Shown: positions 26,068 through 36,767 of the stretch, in pieces
How positions within the stretch are numbered: the stretch's first letter is position 1
How the letters are laid out: each line of letters opens with the position of its first letter
Source of the DNA: an uncultured delta proteobacterium
Lineage (GTDB): Bacteria; Desulfobacterota; Binatia; Binatales; Binataceae
Assembly (NCBI GenBank): GCA_963724765.1
Contig: CAVRVY010000004.1
Span: 704,001 to 768,000, forward strand
Direction: 5' to 3'
Length of the DNA stretch: 64,000 nt
Made by a program: the position numbers and the translations under genes
Notes under the pieces: model-generated
The model's input: the letters and a program-made list of their open reading frames with translations, nothing else
Told to the model about the DNA's origin: nothing
The model's database searches: none

Positions 26068-27429
26068 CTATTCTTCGGCCGATGCGCCATCCGTTTGCGG
26101 CTCTTGTCGAAAATTCTTCGCGCTGGCCCACGCCTCTTCCTTCGCCGCGACTTCCAGCGGGAGTCCGCGCGTCTCGTCAACGAAAGTTCCGAAAATGGCG
26201 GCGCTGGGGACGCCGATCAGCGCCAGGCAGCGGATCACATTGGTAAGGCCGCCGAGCGGCCCGATTAATGTTGCGATCATGACCTGCGCCAGCATCGAGA
26301 ATGCGGCGGCGGTGATCCCCTGCCATCCGATCATCGTGGTGCGCAGCCCGGCTGGGAACAATTCGGTCGCGGCCGAGTTCGCCCCGACGGTCAACACTCC
26401 GGAGGCGATTTTGAACCAGCAATAGGCGGCAAGGAGGAAGGTTAAAGGCCAGGTCACGCCGTTGGGCGGGCCCCAGTAGAAGGCAAATGCTCCGAACCAG
26501 GCGGCGCCGCCCACGTACGTCACCGTCGGCACGCGGCCGAACCGGTCTGAGGTCCATGCGCCTATCGGAAACCCGAGCATCCCGAGGACCATGCCGGCGA
26601 CGATCACGGAACTCGCCTTTTGCGGCGAAAGTCCGATTATCGAAACCGCATCAAAATAGAGCCAGCCGTTGACTGCGCTACCGGCAATCGTGTCGAGCGC
26701 GGCGCACACCAGCAACGCGATCGCGCGCCGCCGGTAGAGCGGATGAAAGATGTCGTAAAAGTGGCTGCCAGAAACGGACCTCGTCGACGCCAGCCGCGCC
26801 CATCGCGAATCGACCGGGAGCATCCGTGCCAGCGGGAACACCAGCCCGATTCCCACAATGCAAGGCGCCAGCAGCCATCGCCACGAATATTCCCACTGCA
26901 GCAGGAACGGAATCACGATATAGCCGAGCACACCGCCAATAGCACTGGCGCAGGCCGCAAACGCCTGTCCGCGCGCCCGCTGCTCGATGGGTAGCTCTTC
27001 GGCAAGCAGGACGATCGCGGACGAAACCGAACCGCCAAGCAAGGCGGAAATCAAAATCTCGAACAGGGCGAATGACCCCGGATGGGGCGCCATGGCGGCT
27101 CCTGCCGCACAAACCGGTGCCAGGACGAGACTGGAGAGAATTATTCGCCGCCTGCCGACCCGATCCGCGAGCCGGGCCAAAATGAGCGCGCCGAACGCCG
27201 AAAGCGACATCCAGGCGAATAGTTCCGCCAGTTTCGCCTGGTCCAGAGCGAAGCTTTTAGCAATCCACGGCGACGCCACGCCCACGACGGAAAGGCTATA
27301 ACCCTGATAGACCAGGAGGATGACGATCGCGGTAATGATCTTAACCGCGCCTGAGGAGCGCCGAGCGTCATGAACGCGCTCGGCATCGGCGCGAATATTT
27401 TGATCTCCAATCCCCGTCGACGCCATCAC
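26068..27429 (-). CDS. MFS transporter
   Basis: Multiple TM segments, motif A LADRVGRR and SDRFGR, E.FP..LR. Confidence 0.9.
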   Translation of the reverse strand: MMASTGIGDQNIRADAERVHDARRSSGAVKIITAIVILLVYQGYSLSVVGVASPWIAKSFALDQAKLAELFAWMSLSAFGALILARLADRVGRRRIILSSLVLAPVCAAGAAMAPHPGSFALFEILISALLGGSVSSAIVLLAEELPIEQRARGQAFAACASAIGGVLGYIVIPFLLQWEYSWRWLLAPCIVGIGLVFPLARMLPVDSRWARLASTRSVSGSHFYDIFHPLYRRRAIALLVCAALDTIAGSAVNGWLYFDAVSIIGLSPQKASSVIVAGMVLGMLGFPIGAWTSDRFGRVPTVTYVGGAAWFGAFAFYWGPPNGVTWPLTFLLAAYCWFKIASGVLTVGANSAATELFPAGLRTTMIGWQGITAAAFSMLAQVMIATLIGPLGGLTNVIRCLALIGVPSAAIFGTFVDETRGLPLEVAAKEEAWASAKNFRQEPQTDGASAEE

Positions 27430-27611
27430 AGCTCTCGCGAGCAGTCTCTCCGGTTACGCGAGAACCATGCCAGTTCCGCGACACCCAGCCGGGAGGCGGT
27501 TGTCGATGGTCGTTTCCGATATCGGTTAGGGCTCGACGTTCTCGTGCGTTCCGGGTGTTGGGAGAGCCAAACCGGAGCTAAGGTTTCGTCACATAACAAG
27601 ACAGAACCCAA

Positions 27612-27627
27612 AGGCATACCCATTGCT
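27612..27627 (+). promoter_or_regulatory. Putative sigma-54 promoter of the ABC-GT4-glucosidase operon
   Basis: AGGCATACCCATTGCT. Confidence 0.65.
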
Positions 27628-27686
27628 ATTTGAATGAACCGAATCCTGTTCCGAAAATTTTGCCCGAGGCCATACGGTTCAGCTCA

Positions 27687-29582
27687 ATGGATTCGAACGA
27701 AGTCAGCGGTTCTCGTTCGCCGCTTATCAGATTTTTGTCATTCGTCAGGCCGCACCTGGGGCTCGTAATCGGTGCGGCGCTGACCGGGATCGGTAAATTC
27801 ACCCTGCCGCTCGCCTTTCCGCTTGCCTTTAAATACATCATCGACGTTCTGATCGCATCGCAACCGAAGCTGGACGGAATCAATCTGATGATTGACCGCT
27901 GGTGCGCCGGGCTTGCTCACGTGGCACGGATGACGCCGACCGCGGAGCATAAACTGGCGGCGCTGAGTGCCGCGCTGTTGCTGCTCTACGCATTGCAGTC
28001 CATAGCAAGCTACTACCGCAACTACTGGGCGGGTATCGCCGGCAATCGCCTGATCTTCGAATTGCAGTGCAAGCTGTTCGCGCACCTGCAGCGGCTTCCG
28101 CACGCCTTCTTCGATCGCAATCCATCGGGAGCGATCGTTTCGCGAGTGCTGAACGACGTACAACAAGCGCATGAGCTGGTGAACTCGGCTCTCATCGACG
28201 TCTGGATGGACGCGATATCGTTGGGACTGGTGGTGGTGGTCCTGTTCGCGATGGATTGGCGGCTGGCGCTGGTGGCGCTGTGCATCGCGCCGGTCTGGGT
28301 GACCTTCATGCGGTACTTCTCACCCAGGATCAAGGCCGTAAGCCATCGGATGCAGGAGACGATCGAGAACATTTCCGGCGAAGTTCAGGAACGGGTAGCC
28401 GGGGCCACCACCATCAAATCGTTCGGGCGCGAGGAGCACGAGGTGCGCCGCTTCAGGGAACATAGCGGACGTCTGTGTGAGCGCACGATCGATAAGGTCA
28501 AGCTCGCGGCCCGGCAAGAGATGCTCATCCAGTTGCTGACGCGTTGTGCGCCGACGATCGTGGTGTGGATCGGCGCGCTGATGATCATGCGGGGCACGAT
28601 GACGCTCGGAACGATGGTGGCGTTTTTCACCTACCTCGGGTTTCTGTACCTGCCCCTGGAGCGCTTCGCGCAATTTTCGGTGGTGGTGTCATCTTCGCTG
28701 GCGGCGATAGAGCGCATATTTGAATTTCTCGATATCAAGCCCGAAATCACTAACCATCCACTGAGCCGTCCATTTGCGGTTCGCCGCGGCGGCGTGCAAT
28801 TCGATCGCGTAAGCTTCAACTACCCGACACGCAATGGAGCGGCCAGCCGCGGAACGCTTACGGACCTCAACCTTAGCGTGCAGGGAGGTTCCAAGGTGGC
28901 GCTGGTTGGACGTTCGGGCGCCGGCAAAACGACTTTGGCGAGCCTGATTCCACGCTTCTACGACGTTAGCGGCGGGCGCGTGCTGATCGACGGCAAGGAC
29001 GTGCGGCACTATACGCTGAAATCGCTGCGCGAGAGCGTGAGCCTCGTGGCGCAGGACGCTCTTCTGTTTAGCGCGAGCATCCGCGACAACCTGCTCTACG
29101 CGCGCCCGGAGGCGTCCGAGGAAATGCTCTGGCAGGCGCTTGAGCTGGCCAATATGCGCGAGTTCGTGGACGAATTGCCCGTCGGAATCGACACCGTGAT
29201 CGGTGAGCGCGGGGTAAAAATTTCTGGCGGACAACGCCAACGGCTCGCGCTCGCGCGCGCCTTCCTCAAGGACTCCAAGGTTGTAATCCTCGACGAGGCG
29301 ACCTCGGCGATCGACTCGGAATCAGAGAACTTGATTCACGAGGCGATGGAGCGTCTGATGGAAGGGCGAACTGTTTTTCTCATCGCGCATCGCCTGCGCA
29401 GCGCCATAGACGCTGACCTGATAGTTGTGCTCGACCACGGCAACATCGTCGAAACCGGCATCCACTCCGAGTTGCTTAACCGCGGCGGAACCTACGCCCG
29501 CCTGTTCAGGGAGCAGGTCCGCGGTCTTGCCCTGGAGCCGGCGCGTGCCAGTCACGACGTCCGGCCGCCGATGCAGGCATAG
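27687..29582 (+). CDS. ABC exporter, fused permease/ATPase (MsbA/Sav1866 type)
   Basis: TM domain; GRSGAGKT, ISGGQRQR, ILDEATS, IAHRL; start chosen at ATG 27687 (ORF track gives 27630). Confidence 0.93.
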   Translation: MDSNEVSGSRSPLIRFLSFVRPHLGLVIGAALTGIGKFTLPLAFPLAFKYIIDVLIASQPKLDGINLMIDRWCAGLAHVARMTPTAEHKLAALSAALLLLYALQSIASYYRNYWAGIAGNRLIFELQCKLFAHLQRLPHAFFDRNPSGAIVSRVLNDVQQAHELVNSALIDVWMDAISLGLVVVVLFAMDWRLALVALCIAPVWVTFMRYFSPRIKAVSHRMQETIENISGEVQERVAGATTIKSFGREEHEVRRFREHSGRLCERTIDKVKLAARQEMLIQLLTRCAPTIVVWIGALMIMRGTMTLGTMVAFFTYLGFLYLPLERFAQFSVVVSSSLAAIERIFEFLDIKPEITNHPLSRPFAVRRGGVQFDRVSFNYPTRNGAASRGTLTDLNLSVQGGSKVALVGRSGAGKTTLASLIPRFYDVSGGRVLIDGKDVRHYTLKSLRESVSLVAQDALLFSASIRDNLLYARPEASEEMLWQALELANMREFVDELPVGIDTVIGERGVKISGGQRQRLALARAFLKDSKVVILDEATSAIDSESENLIHEAMERLMEGRTVFLIAHRLRSAIDADLIVVLDHGNIVETGIHSELLNRGGTYARLFREQVRGLALEPARASHDVRPPMQA

Positions 29583-29666
29583 GCCATTCGGCCATACGCT
29601 CGAGAGGAATGGCGCATCAGAATTGGAGCGACACCATCCCGGTCATCGAACATCAGGAGTCTAGCG

Positions 29667-30842
29667 TTGGATCGAATTAATGAAGGCAAGAGCGGGCTCT
29701 CGCACGCCGGGGCTCCGCGACTGCGCATCGCGCAGGTGGCGCCTCTATACGAACGGATTCCGCCGAAGCTTTATGGTGGCACTGAACGGGTGGTGTCCTA
29801 CATAACTGAAGAACTGGTACGCCGCGGACATCAGATTACGCTCTTTGCCTCGGGTGACTCACAGACTGACGCACAACTCGCGCCCGGATGTCCGCAGTCC
29901 CTGAGGTTGGCGGGCAAACCTGAACTCGGCGCCTTCCTTCAGCTTCCGATGCTTAGTGATGTCTACGAGGAAGCCGCAAGCCGCTTCGACCTGATTCACT
30001 CTCATATCGATTACTGGAGCTTCCCGTTCGCCCGGCTGACCAATGTCCCGACGGTCGCGACGATGCACGGTCGGCTGGACATGGAGGAGTTGCACCCGGT
30101 CTATGCGCGATATCGCGGCGTTCCGCTGGTCTCGATCAGCGACGCGCAGCGGCAACCGCTGCCGCTTATGAACTGGGTCGATACCATTTACCACGGCCTC
30201 CCGCGCGACCTGCTGCGCTTCAGCCCCGGTCCGGGAAAGTATCTGGCGTTTCTAGGCAGAATCTCACCCGAGAAACGTCCCGACCTCGCAATCGACGTCG
30301 CCCGGCGGGCGGGTATTCCCTTCAAGCTTGCCGCCAAGGTCGACGTCGTCGACCGCGCTTACTTCGAGACCGTGATCAAGCCGCTTCTGTCACCACCCGA
30401 CGTCGAATACATCGGCGAGATCGGCGAATCCGAAAAGAGCGAATTTCTGGGTAATGCACTCGCCCTCATGTTTACTATCGATTGGCCTGAGCCGTTCGGG
30501 CTCGCCATGATCGAGGCCCTGGCATGTGGGACGCCGGTGATCGCGCGGCCCTGCGGCTCCATCCCCGAGGTTATCCGTTCGGGCGTCACCGGCTTTGTCG
30601 CGGGGAGCGTCGACGAGATGGTCGCCGCGGTGGCCAAAATCGGCACGCTCTCGCGGGAGGAATGCCGCCGGGAATTCGAGAATCGGTTCACCGCGGAAAT
30701 CATGGTTGATCGTTACGAGCAGGTTTATCGCCAGCTGATCGAAGGGGGTCAACGTAAGCAGGTTTTTGGAAAGCCGAAAGAGACTTACCATCAGGCCGGA
30801 ATAGCCAGCTCGATCGGTAAGGCTTCCGAATCCGGCTTGTGA
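29667..30842 (+). CDS. Glycosyltransferase family 4
   Basis: IAQVAP..PPKLYGGTERVV; WPEPFGLAMIEALACGTPV. Confidence 0.93.
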   Translation: MDRINEGKSGLSHAGAPRLRIAQVAPLYERIPPKLYGGTERVVSYITEELVRRGHQITLFASGDSQTDAQLAPGCPQSLRLAGKPELGAFLQLPMLSDVYEEAASRFDLIHSHIDYWSFPFARLTNVPTVATMHGRLDMEELHPVYARYRGVPLVSISDAQRQPLPLMNWVDTIYHGLPRDLLRFSPGPGKYLAFLGRISPEKRPDLAIDVARRAGIPFKLAAKVDVVDRAYFETVIKPLLSPPDVEYIGEIGESEKSEFLGNALALMFTIDWPEPFGLAMIEALACGTPVIARPCGSIPEVIRSGVTGFVAGSVDEMVAAVAKIGTLSREECRREFENRFTAEIMVDRYEQVYRQLIEGGQRKQVFGKPKETYHQAGIASSIGKASESGL

Positions 30843-33094
30843 AACGCCGAAGCGTTAACGCCGCTGGCGCGAACGGGCAGGACCGCGTCGCGGACGGCGA
30901 GCGTGGGGCGCGCAACGTAGTAAAAGTCGGTTCCGACTTTTACGTTCTCGCCTCCGCGCTCGCGTCACGCCGCGCCTCACGGGTACTGGCCAATGGCCAG
31001 AGCTTTGCGGTTTTCGACGTCGGCGGCGATATTCTCGACTACCCACTCGAAGCGCTGGGCTTTTTCTATCGCGACACGCGCTACCTGAGCCATTTCGAGC
31101 TCAGGATCCATGGGAGCACTCCGTATTTCCTGAATTCCTACTTGAGCGATGACAAGGCGCAACTTCGGGTCAACCTCACCAATCCGGATCTGAACGCGGA
31201 TGGCCGCGCGATCAAGTTGCCGCGCGATCAAATCCAAATGGAGCGGAGTTGGGTCTTGGCTGACGCGACCCTAGTCCATCGACTTCGGGTCCGCAACTAT
31301 GCCGAGACTCCGCTCCAGATCCCGCTCGAGTTTTTTCTTGGTGCGGATTTCGCCGACATTTTCGAGGTGCGCGGGATCGAGCGCAAACGTCACGGTAGCT
31401 ATCTGCGCCCCGAAGTCGGAAAAGGCAAGGTCAGGTTTTCTTACGCGGGGCTGGACGGCGTGAGGCGCTTCACCGAGGTTGCGTTCGACACGATGCCGCG
31501 GACGCTAAGCGGAGAACGGGCCCTCTTCCTGTTGAATCTCGCCCGGGACGAAACCGCCGGACTTGAGGTTCGCATCACGAGTGGCAGCGAACGCGAGGCG
31601 TCGCACATACGTTCCCCCAAGCCGGCCGGTTTCGACAGCGCACTGGCTGCGCGACGGTCGGAAATCGAGGAATCTCAGACCGGATGGGCCAGGCTTTCGG
31701 CGAGCAACACGCTCTTCGATTCGCTGCTGACTCGCTCGCAGGCGGACCTGACCTCGCTCATTTCGCATACTATCGACGGCACCTTCATAATGGCCGGGAT
31801 ACCATGGTTCGCGACACTCTTCGGGCGCGACAGCATTATAACCACGCTCGCCGTGTTGCCCTTCAATCCGGATGTCGCTGCGCTAACGCTCCGAATGCTG
31901 GCGGGAATGCAAGGATCGCAGATCAACAAGGCCCGCGAGGAGCAGCCAGGCAAGATCGTGCACGAGATCCGTGCTGGCGAGATGGCGGCTACCGGCGAAA
32001 TCCCCTTCGGCCGCTACTACGGCAGTATCGACTCGACGCCCTTGTTTCTGTGGCTTTATGGGCGCTGCGTCGCGACTACCGGAAACCTCGCGTTCGCCGA
32101 TGCGCTATGGCCGAGCGTCGAGCGCGCGCTCGAGTGGATCGAACGATGGGGCGATCGCGATGGCGACGGATACGTCGAGTACATGCGCAAGACGCCCCAC
32201 GGGCTCGCAAACCAGGGATGGAAAGATTCCTTCGACGCAATCTCGCACGCGAGCGGTGAATTGGCCACTGCGCCGATCGCACTTGCCGAAGTGCAGGGCT
32301 ACGTCTACGCCGCCTACGTCAGCGTCGCGGACGTGGCGGCACGCCTTGGACGCAGTGGCGTTGCGTCACGCCTTGCCGAGCGGGCGGCATCGTTAAGAAA
32401 AGCCTTCGTACGCGACTTCTGGCTGGAGCCGCAACGGACCGTCGCGCTCGCCCTGGATGCCGAGAAACAACCTTGCCGGGTAATGGCTTCGAACGCCGCG
32501 CATTGCCTTGCGGCCGGCCTGCTGGACGCGGATCAGGCCGCCGCTCTGTCACAGCGACTTCTCGGGGACGACATGTTTTCGGGCTGGGGCATGCGAACGC
32601 TCGGCGCCAACGAGCGCCGCTATAACCCGATGAGCTATCACAACGGATCGGTATGGCCGCACGACAACGCGATCGCGGCGGTGGGTCTCGCGCGGTATGA
32701 TAATCGCATTGGCGCGCTCAGGATCCTCGAGGGTCTGTTCGACGCAGCCGTGCAACTGGAGACCGCAAGCCTGCCGGAGCTTTTCTGCGGCTTCCCGCGC
32801 GAGCCTCGGCTTGGCCCGGTACCTTATCCTGTTGCCTGTTATCCGCAGGCATGGTCGGCCGCGAGCGTGTTCATGATCCTGCAAGCTGTACTGGGCCTCG
32901 AGGTGATGGGCTTCGAGCGGCGAGTTTTGATCGATTCGCCTACGATTCCGCCCTGGCTCGAATGGCTGAGGATCGAAGATCTGAAAGTGGGGGACTGTTC
33001 GATTTCCTTGTTTCTGCGACGCACAGAAAACGGCACCACCGAGACTGAGATTCTGGAAAGGACCGGCTCGGTTACTGTCGAGGTCAAGAGATAA
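30839..33094 (+). CDS. Amylo-alpha-1,6-glucosidase / glycogen debranching family protein
   Basis: AGIPWFATLFGRD, PGKIVHE, NQGWKDS, YHNGSVWPHD, LPELFCG, PQAWSA. Confidence 0.93.
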   Translation: MKRRSVNAAGANGQDRVADGERGARNVVKVGSDFYVLASALASRRASRVLANGQSFAVFDVGGDILDYPLEALGFFYRDTRYLSHFELRIHGSTPYFLNSYLSDDKAQLRVNLTNPDLNADGRAIKLPRDQIQMERSWVLADATLVHRLRVRNYAETPLQIPLEFFLGADFADIFEVRGIERKRHGSYLRPEVGKGKVRFSYAGLDGVRRFTEVAFDTMPRTLSGERALFLLNLARDETAGLEVRITSGSEREASHIRSPKPAGFDSALAARRSEIEESQTGWARLSASNTLFDSLLTRSQADLTSLISHTIDGTFIMAGIPWFATLFGRDSIITTLAVLPFNPDVAALTLRMLAGMQGSQINKAREEQPGKIVHEIRAGEMAATGEIPFGRYYGSIDSTPLFLWLYGRCVATTGNLAFADALWPSVERALEWIERWGDRDGDGYVEYMRKTPHGLANQGWKDSFDAISHASGELATAPIALAEVQGYVYAAYVSVADVAARLGRSGVASRLAERAASLRKAFVRDFWLEPQRTVALALDAEKQPCRVMASNAAHCLAAGLLDADQAAALSQRLLGDDMFSGWGMRTLGANERRYNPMSYHNGSVWPHDNAIAAVGLARYDNRIGALRILEGLFDAAVQLETASLPELFCGFPREPRLGPVPYPVACYPQAWSAASVFMILQAVLGLEVMGFERRVLIDSPTIPPWLEWLRIEDLKVGDCSISLFLRRTENGTTETEILERTGSVTVEVKR

Positions 33095-33106
33095 TCTTCA
33101 CACATC

Positions 33107-33132
33107 GGCCGCGGCAACCTTCTTTCGCGGCC
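33107..33132. terminator. Hairpin between convergent genes
   Basis: ggccgcg-N12-cgcggcc. Confidence 0.4.
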
Positions 33133-33139
33133 AAACCTG

Positions 33140-33787
33140 TTAGCCCGCAGCGTGGAGCATCTCGAGAATTATGTAAATCGGTGTAGAAGAGGATCGCGCT
33201 GCCATTGATACTGAACGCTCAAGGACTGGATAGGGATCAATTGGAACGCCCTCCCACCAGTGTTTTTGGGGTCCGAGCAGATAGATTGCGAAGTGTAGGT
33301 GAGGAGCAGCGGGGGAAACATCGCCGGTCGACCCAACGTATCCAATCACTTGACCTCGCGAAACGCGCATCCCCTCATGCAGCCCATCGGCATAGCGCTT
33401 CAAGTGAGCATAGTAATAACAGTACACGCTACCGGTGTCGAATTCGTAGATGGTGTTGCCGCCCGCTTTGCTTAAGAAGAGCTTCTCAATGGTACCGTCG
33501 ACGACTGCTCGTACCGGCGTGCCGGCGGGTTTCATGATGTCGATTGCCTGGTGACGGTGACCGTAGTGTGTTTCATCGAAGCTATCGCGTAGCTCGTAAG
33601 CCTTGACGCCCAGGATCGGCGGTGCGATGGCAGGTTCCCATGCTGCGCTCCCGGCTCTCTCGCCCGAAGCGTCGATCTGTTGCGCTTCCAACCCGATGGT
33701 CGCTTTGTGAAGCTTCTCGTTTGTTTGTTGTGTCAAGGCAGTTCTCGGACACACAAGCACTTGCAGGACAATGAATGCCAGCCCCAA
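33140..33787 (-). CDS. M23 family metallopeptidase
   Basis: HQAIDI (HxxxD), YAHL, HLHF; N-terminus uncertain. Confidence 0.88.
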   Translation of the reverse strand: MGLAFIVLQVLVCPRTALTQQTNEKLHKATIGLEAQQIDASGERAGSAAWEPAIAPPILGVKAYELRDSFDETHYGHRHQAIDIMKPAGTPVRAVVDGTIEKLFLSKAGGNTIYEFDTGSVYCYYYAHLKRYADGLHEGMRVSRGQVIGYVGSTGDVSPAAPHLHFAIYLLGPQKHWWEGVPIDPYPVLERSVSMAARSSSTPIYIILEMLHAAG

Positions 33788-33810
33788 TCGCGACCACTAT
33801 GAAACGAGCG

Positions 33811-33826
33811 AGCAATTGCTATACCG
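33811..33826 (-). promoter_or_regulatory. Putative sigma-54 promoter
   Basis: Minus strand CGGTATAGCAATTGCT. Confidence 0.55.
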
Positions 33827-34087
33827 GAAACCGATTACGATCTATAGTTGCGCACTAATCCGTACTTTCAGCGTGGTGGAAGACAATCGTGTACAGAGTC
33901 TCTGCACATTTCGTAAGTTTTTCTCCGCTCTATTAGTCGCCCTTTCCGGTCTATGATTAAATGCAGGTATTATTTGCACTGTCATAGACCTGGATGCGTG
34001 AGGTAACAATGTCACGCCGAGGACTCCAAGTGTGTCTGCCGCGACAACCATGACCGCTTATCGGACGCGGCCGGCACAGTCTTATCG

Positions 34088-35236
34088 ATGATGTCCAAAC
34101 TGCGATCACAATGGGGCGCGGCGCCGTGGCAAAGACCAGCCTCGTTCGCCGTGGATAGAATTGCGCCGCTTGCGGTGTCCTCATCGACTCCTGACGTCGC
34201 GATCGTTGGTGGCGGACTGACCGGCGCATCAACTGCTTATCATCTGACCAAAATGGGAATCCGCGCGATCCTCTTCGAGGCCGGCCTGGTGGGCGATGGC
34301 GCCAGCGGAAGAACCGGCGGCCTAGTCCTCGAAGGTACCGCCGTTGGCATCCTCGATCGCGTCGGCGCGTGCGTGCCGGGCCTGAAAGGGTTGGTCGATG
34401 ATGAGGAAATCGATTGCGACCTGGTTCTTGCCGGATGCTGGGAAATCGAACATAAAAAAGTCGCGCCGGCGCGGATGCTGCCGTGGTCGGACGACGGCCG
34501 CCCGGTGAGTATCGCGCGGACAGTCACTGGTGGGGTAGTGCAACCGGCGGCATTGACGATCGGGATTGCGCGAGCTGCGGCGCAGCGCGGAGCGATCATC
34601 CGTGAGCAGTCACCCGTTACGCGAATCGTTCCGGGCCCGGAGTTATCCCTGGAAATCGGCGACACGCGAATCAGGCCGGGGCATATCGTCGTCGCCACCA
34701 ATGCGTGGATAAATGCGACGCTGCCGGACACCGCGCCGTTGCATAGCTCGCTAACCTTCGCATGTGCTACCGAACCCCTGGATCCCGCGTCGCTAGCCGC
34801 GATTGGACTGGGCGACGGCCTGCCATTTTACACCAGCGACATGCCCTATCTGTGGGGCCGCACGCTTCGCGATGGGCGGGTCATTTTCGGGGCCGGACTT
34901 GTCTATGGCAAGCCTTCCGAGCTCGAAGCCACAGACATTCACAAGGGCAGCTCTGGAGCGCTCCTGGACCGATTGCGGGCGCGCGTGCGCCGACTGCATC
35001 CCGCGCTGCACGAGACGCGCTTCGAGGCAGCGTGGGCGGGGCCGATCGCTTTTGCGCAGGATGCGATCCCGCTCCTGGGGTCGCATCCGGCGAACCCACG
35101 CGTGCTGGTGTCCGGCGGATACGCGGGCCACGGTGTCGCACTCAGCGTGCGCGCAGGCGAACTCCTCGCTCTGGCGATCGGAGAGAGTGTCCCGCTCCCC
35201 GAGTGGGGTTCGCTGTCGCGTGCTGCCCTCGGCTAG
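34088..35236 (+). CDS. FAD-dependent oxidoreductase (DAO/PuuB-like)
   Basis: DVAIVGGGLTG, GASGRTGG, GYAGHGV. Confidence 0.88.
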   Translation: MMSKLRSQWGAAPWQRPASFAVDRIAPLAVSSSTPDVAIVGGGLTGASTAYHLTKMGIRAILFEAGLVGDGASGRTGGLVLEGTAVGILDRVGACVPGLKGLVDDEEIDCDLVLAGCWEIEHKKVAPARMLPWSDDGRPVSIARTVTGGVVQPAALTIGIARAAAQRGAIIREQSPVTRIVPGPELSLEIGDTRIRPGHIVVATNAWINATLPDTAPLHSSLTFACATEPLDPASLAAIGLGDGLPFYTSDMPYLWGRTLRDGRVIFGAGLVYGKPSELEATDIHKGSSGALLDRLRARVRRLHPALHETRFEAAWAGPIAFAQDAIPLLGSHPANPRVLVSGGYAGHGVALSVRAGELLALAIGESVPLPEWGSLSRAALG

Positions 35237-35244
35237 GTCACCAC

Positions 35245-35763
35245 TCAGGGTCGAGGAGGCCGGCTTCCTTCGTAATGCAGGCTCAGACCTTCGATGCCGG
35301 CAGCCACGTTCAAGCCGTTTTGACCCTGGACTGACACCGGCTGCAGTGCGATAGATTTATGAAAGCCGCCGAGCAAGACATTCGCGCCGCCACCTACTCC
35401 CAGGGCCACACTCGCCTGCGCACCGCCGTAGTCTCCCGCCAGCGCGCCAGTACCCAGATCAGTTGTCGGAGCGGCAACAGCCCACAGAATCACAGCTGAC
35501 TGCAAATAGCCAATGTCCGCGCCGAACTTGGAAATGGTACCGGTATAGTATTCGGTTCGATGTTTAGTCGATGTATATGTACAGTGAATGCTATGCGACG
35601 AGCCGATGATGAAACCCCATCCAGCGGCCTCATGACAGGTAAGATAGCCCGTTTTGACTGTCATCTTTCCGGCTGCATACGCGGGCATCGCCGATAGAAT
35701 CAAAAGTAATAGCGCGGGCACCGTGACCATAGTCAAATTCTTGTTTTTCACTGAGCACTCCAT
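35245..35763 (-). CDS. DUF992 family secreted protein
   Basis: GYLTC..GFIIGSS..C..Y.GTISKFGADIG..LQPVSVQGQNGLNVAAGI. Confidence 0.88.
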   Translation of the reverse strand: MECSVKNKNLTMVTVPALLLLILSAMPAYAAGKMTVKTGYLTCHEAAGWGFIIGSSHSIHCTYTSTKHRTEYYTGTISKFGADIGYLQSAVILWAVAAPTTDLGTGALAGDYGGAQASVALGVGGGANVLLGGFHKSIALQPVSVQGQNGLNVAAGIEGLSLHYEGSRPPRP

Positions 35764-35799
35764 TGCATAGTTCCGCTTTCGACAAGCCTTGTGTCGTAA

Positions 35800-36135
35800 C
35801 TACGGATTAGTGGTAGTCGTCGTTGTCGTAGACGACCCCGGCGCTCCGTTGTTCCAGGTAGTCGTACTCTGGTTCTGGACCTGACCATCGACAGATCTGG
35901 TCGTCCTTTTCTCCTCCACGGTTCCATTACCCCAGCTGGTTGAGGTAGTTGTTTGGCTCGCATCCGAGGCGGGCGCGACTACGACGGGAGCCGGAACTTG
36001 CACAACGGGAGGTGGTACTTGCACCACGGGGGCAGGCACCGTGTCCACCTCCTTGGTGCTGGAGAAACATCCGGCAAACATGCCGCCGATGGCGAGCGAT
36101 ATCACCAAGGAGCCAAAACGTGTATATAAACGCAT
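35800..36135 (-). CDS. Thr/Pro/Val-rich lipoprotein
   Basis: GAGGTG RBS; lipobox MFAG-C; PAPVV repeats; GQVQNQSTTTW; poly-T end. Confidence 0.8.
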   Translation of the reverse strand: MRLYTRFGSLVISLAIGGMFAGCFSSTKEVDTVPAPVVQVPPPVVQVPAPVVVAPASDASQTTTSTSWGNGTVEEKRTTRSVDGQVQNQSTTTWNNGAPGSSTTTTTTTNP

Positions 36136-36182
36136 AGCCTTCATCACCTCTTTCGAAGTTTTAACCAAGCGCGACAAGTTGC

Positions 36183-36198
36183 AGCAATCGTCGTGCCA
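36183..36198 (-). promoter_or_regulatory. Putative sigma-54 promoter
   Basis: Minus strand TGGCACGACGATTGCT, consensus match. Confidence 0.8.
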
Positions 36199-36278
36199 TA
36201 TTATTGTTCTCCCAATTCGCCTACGGCACAAATCTGTATTACCAATTCCAATAAAAGGTCGGTCCGCCAGTTTTGTGC

Positions 36279-36674
36279 CTATTCTCCCGGGCGCGCTGGG
36301 ATAGCGGCAAAATTCCCGGGATTTTCAGCCATGGCTGACTTAATGTCGGGGTGCGCCTGGAAGAATGCGTTGAGATCCGGATGACCCTTTAAGTAAAGCG
36401 GATCGTTTATCAGGGACGGCCGATACGCTAGCGTGTGTGCAATTCCAGCATGCGCGTCGGCAAAGTTTTCCCACGTCCGGAGGCGAGCGGTGTCAATGTC
36501 GCGACTGTCCGCGGGCTCGAATATGATCGTGGTATTGCCTCTTTGAACTGCGCCCAGGGGCTTCGCGCCTTGCGTTTGCGATTGAACGACTACCGTCCGG
36601 CTGTCTTGTCCAGCCACAGGCATCGTAAGAACCAGGCTGAATCCGATAGCAAACGCGAGTGCTGTCAAACGCAT
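36279..36674 (-). CDS. Secreted protein, HPDL...NPGNF motif
   Basis: GAGGAG RBS; signal peptide; paralog at 56584-57003. Confidence 0.75.
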   Translation of the reverse strand: MRLTALAFAIGFSLVLTMPVAGQDSRTVVVQSQTQGAKPLGAVQRGNTTIIFEPADSRDIDTARLRTWENFADAHAGIAHTLAYRPSLINDPLYLKGHPDLNAFFQAHPDIKSAMAENPGNFAAIPARPGE

Positions 36675-36767
36675 ATGTCTCTCCTCTGCAAAGTCACTTT
36701 CCATTACTCAAGTCTGCGCGACGGAAAACACACTTCCAATAGCCGCTGCCGATCAAGCGATTTGACG

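Noticed and set aside
33780-33815. Possible frameshift joining RFIVVAIG to LAFIVLQV at the M23 N-terminus
   Set aside because: Plausible, but it conflicts with the overlapping sigma-54 motif and cannot be resolved without reads or homologs.
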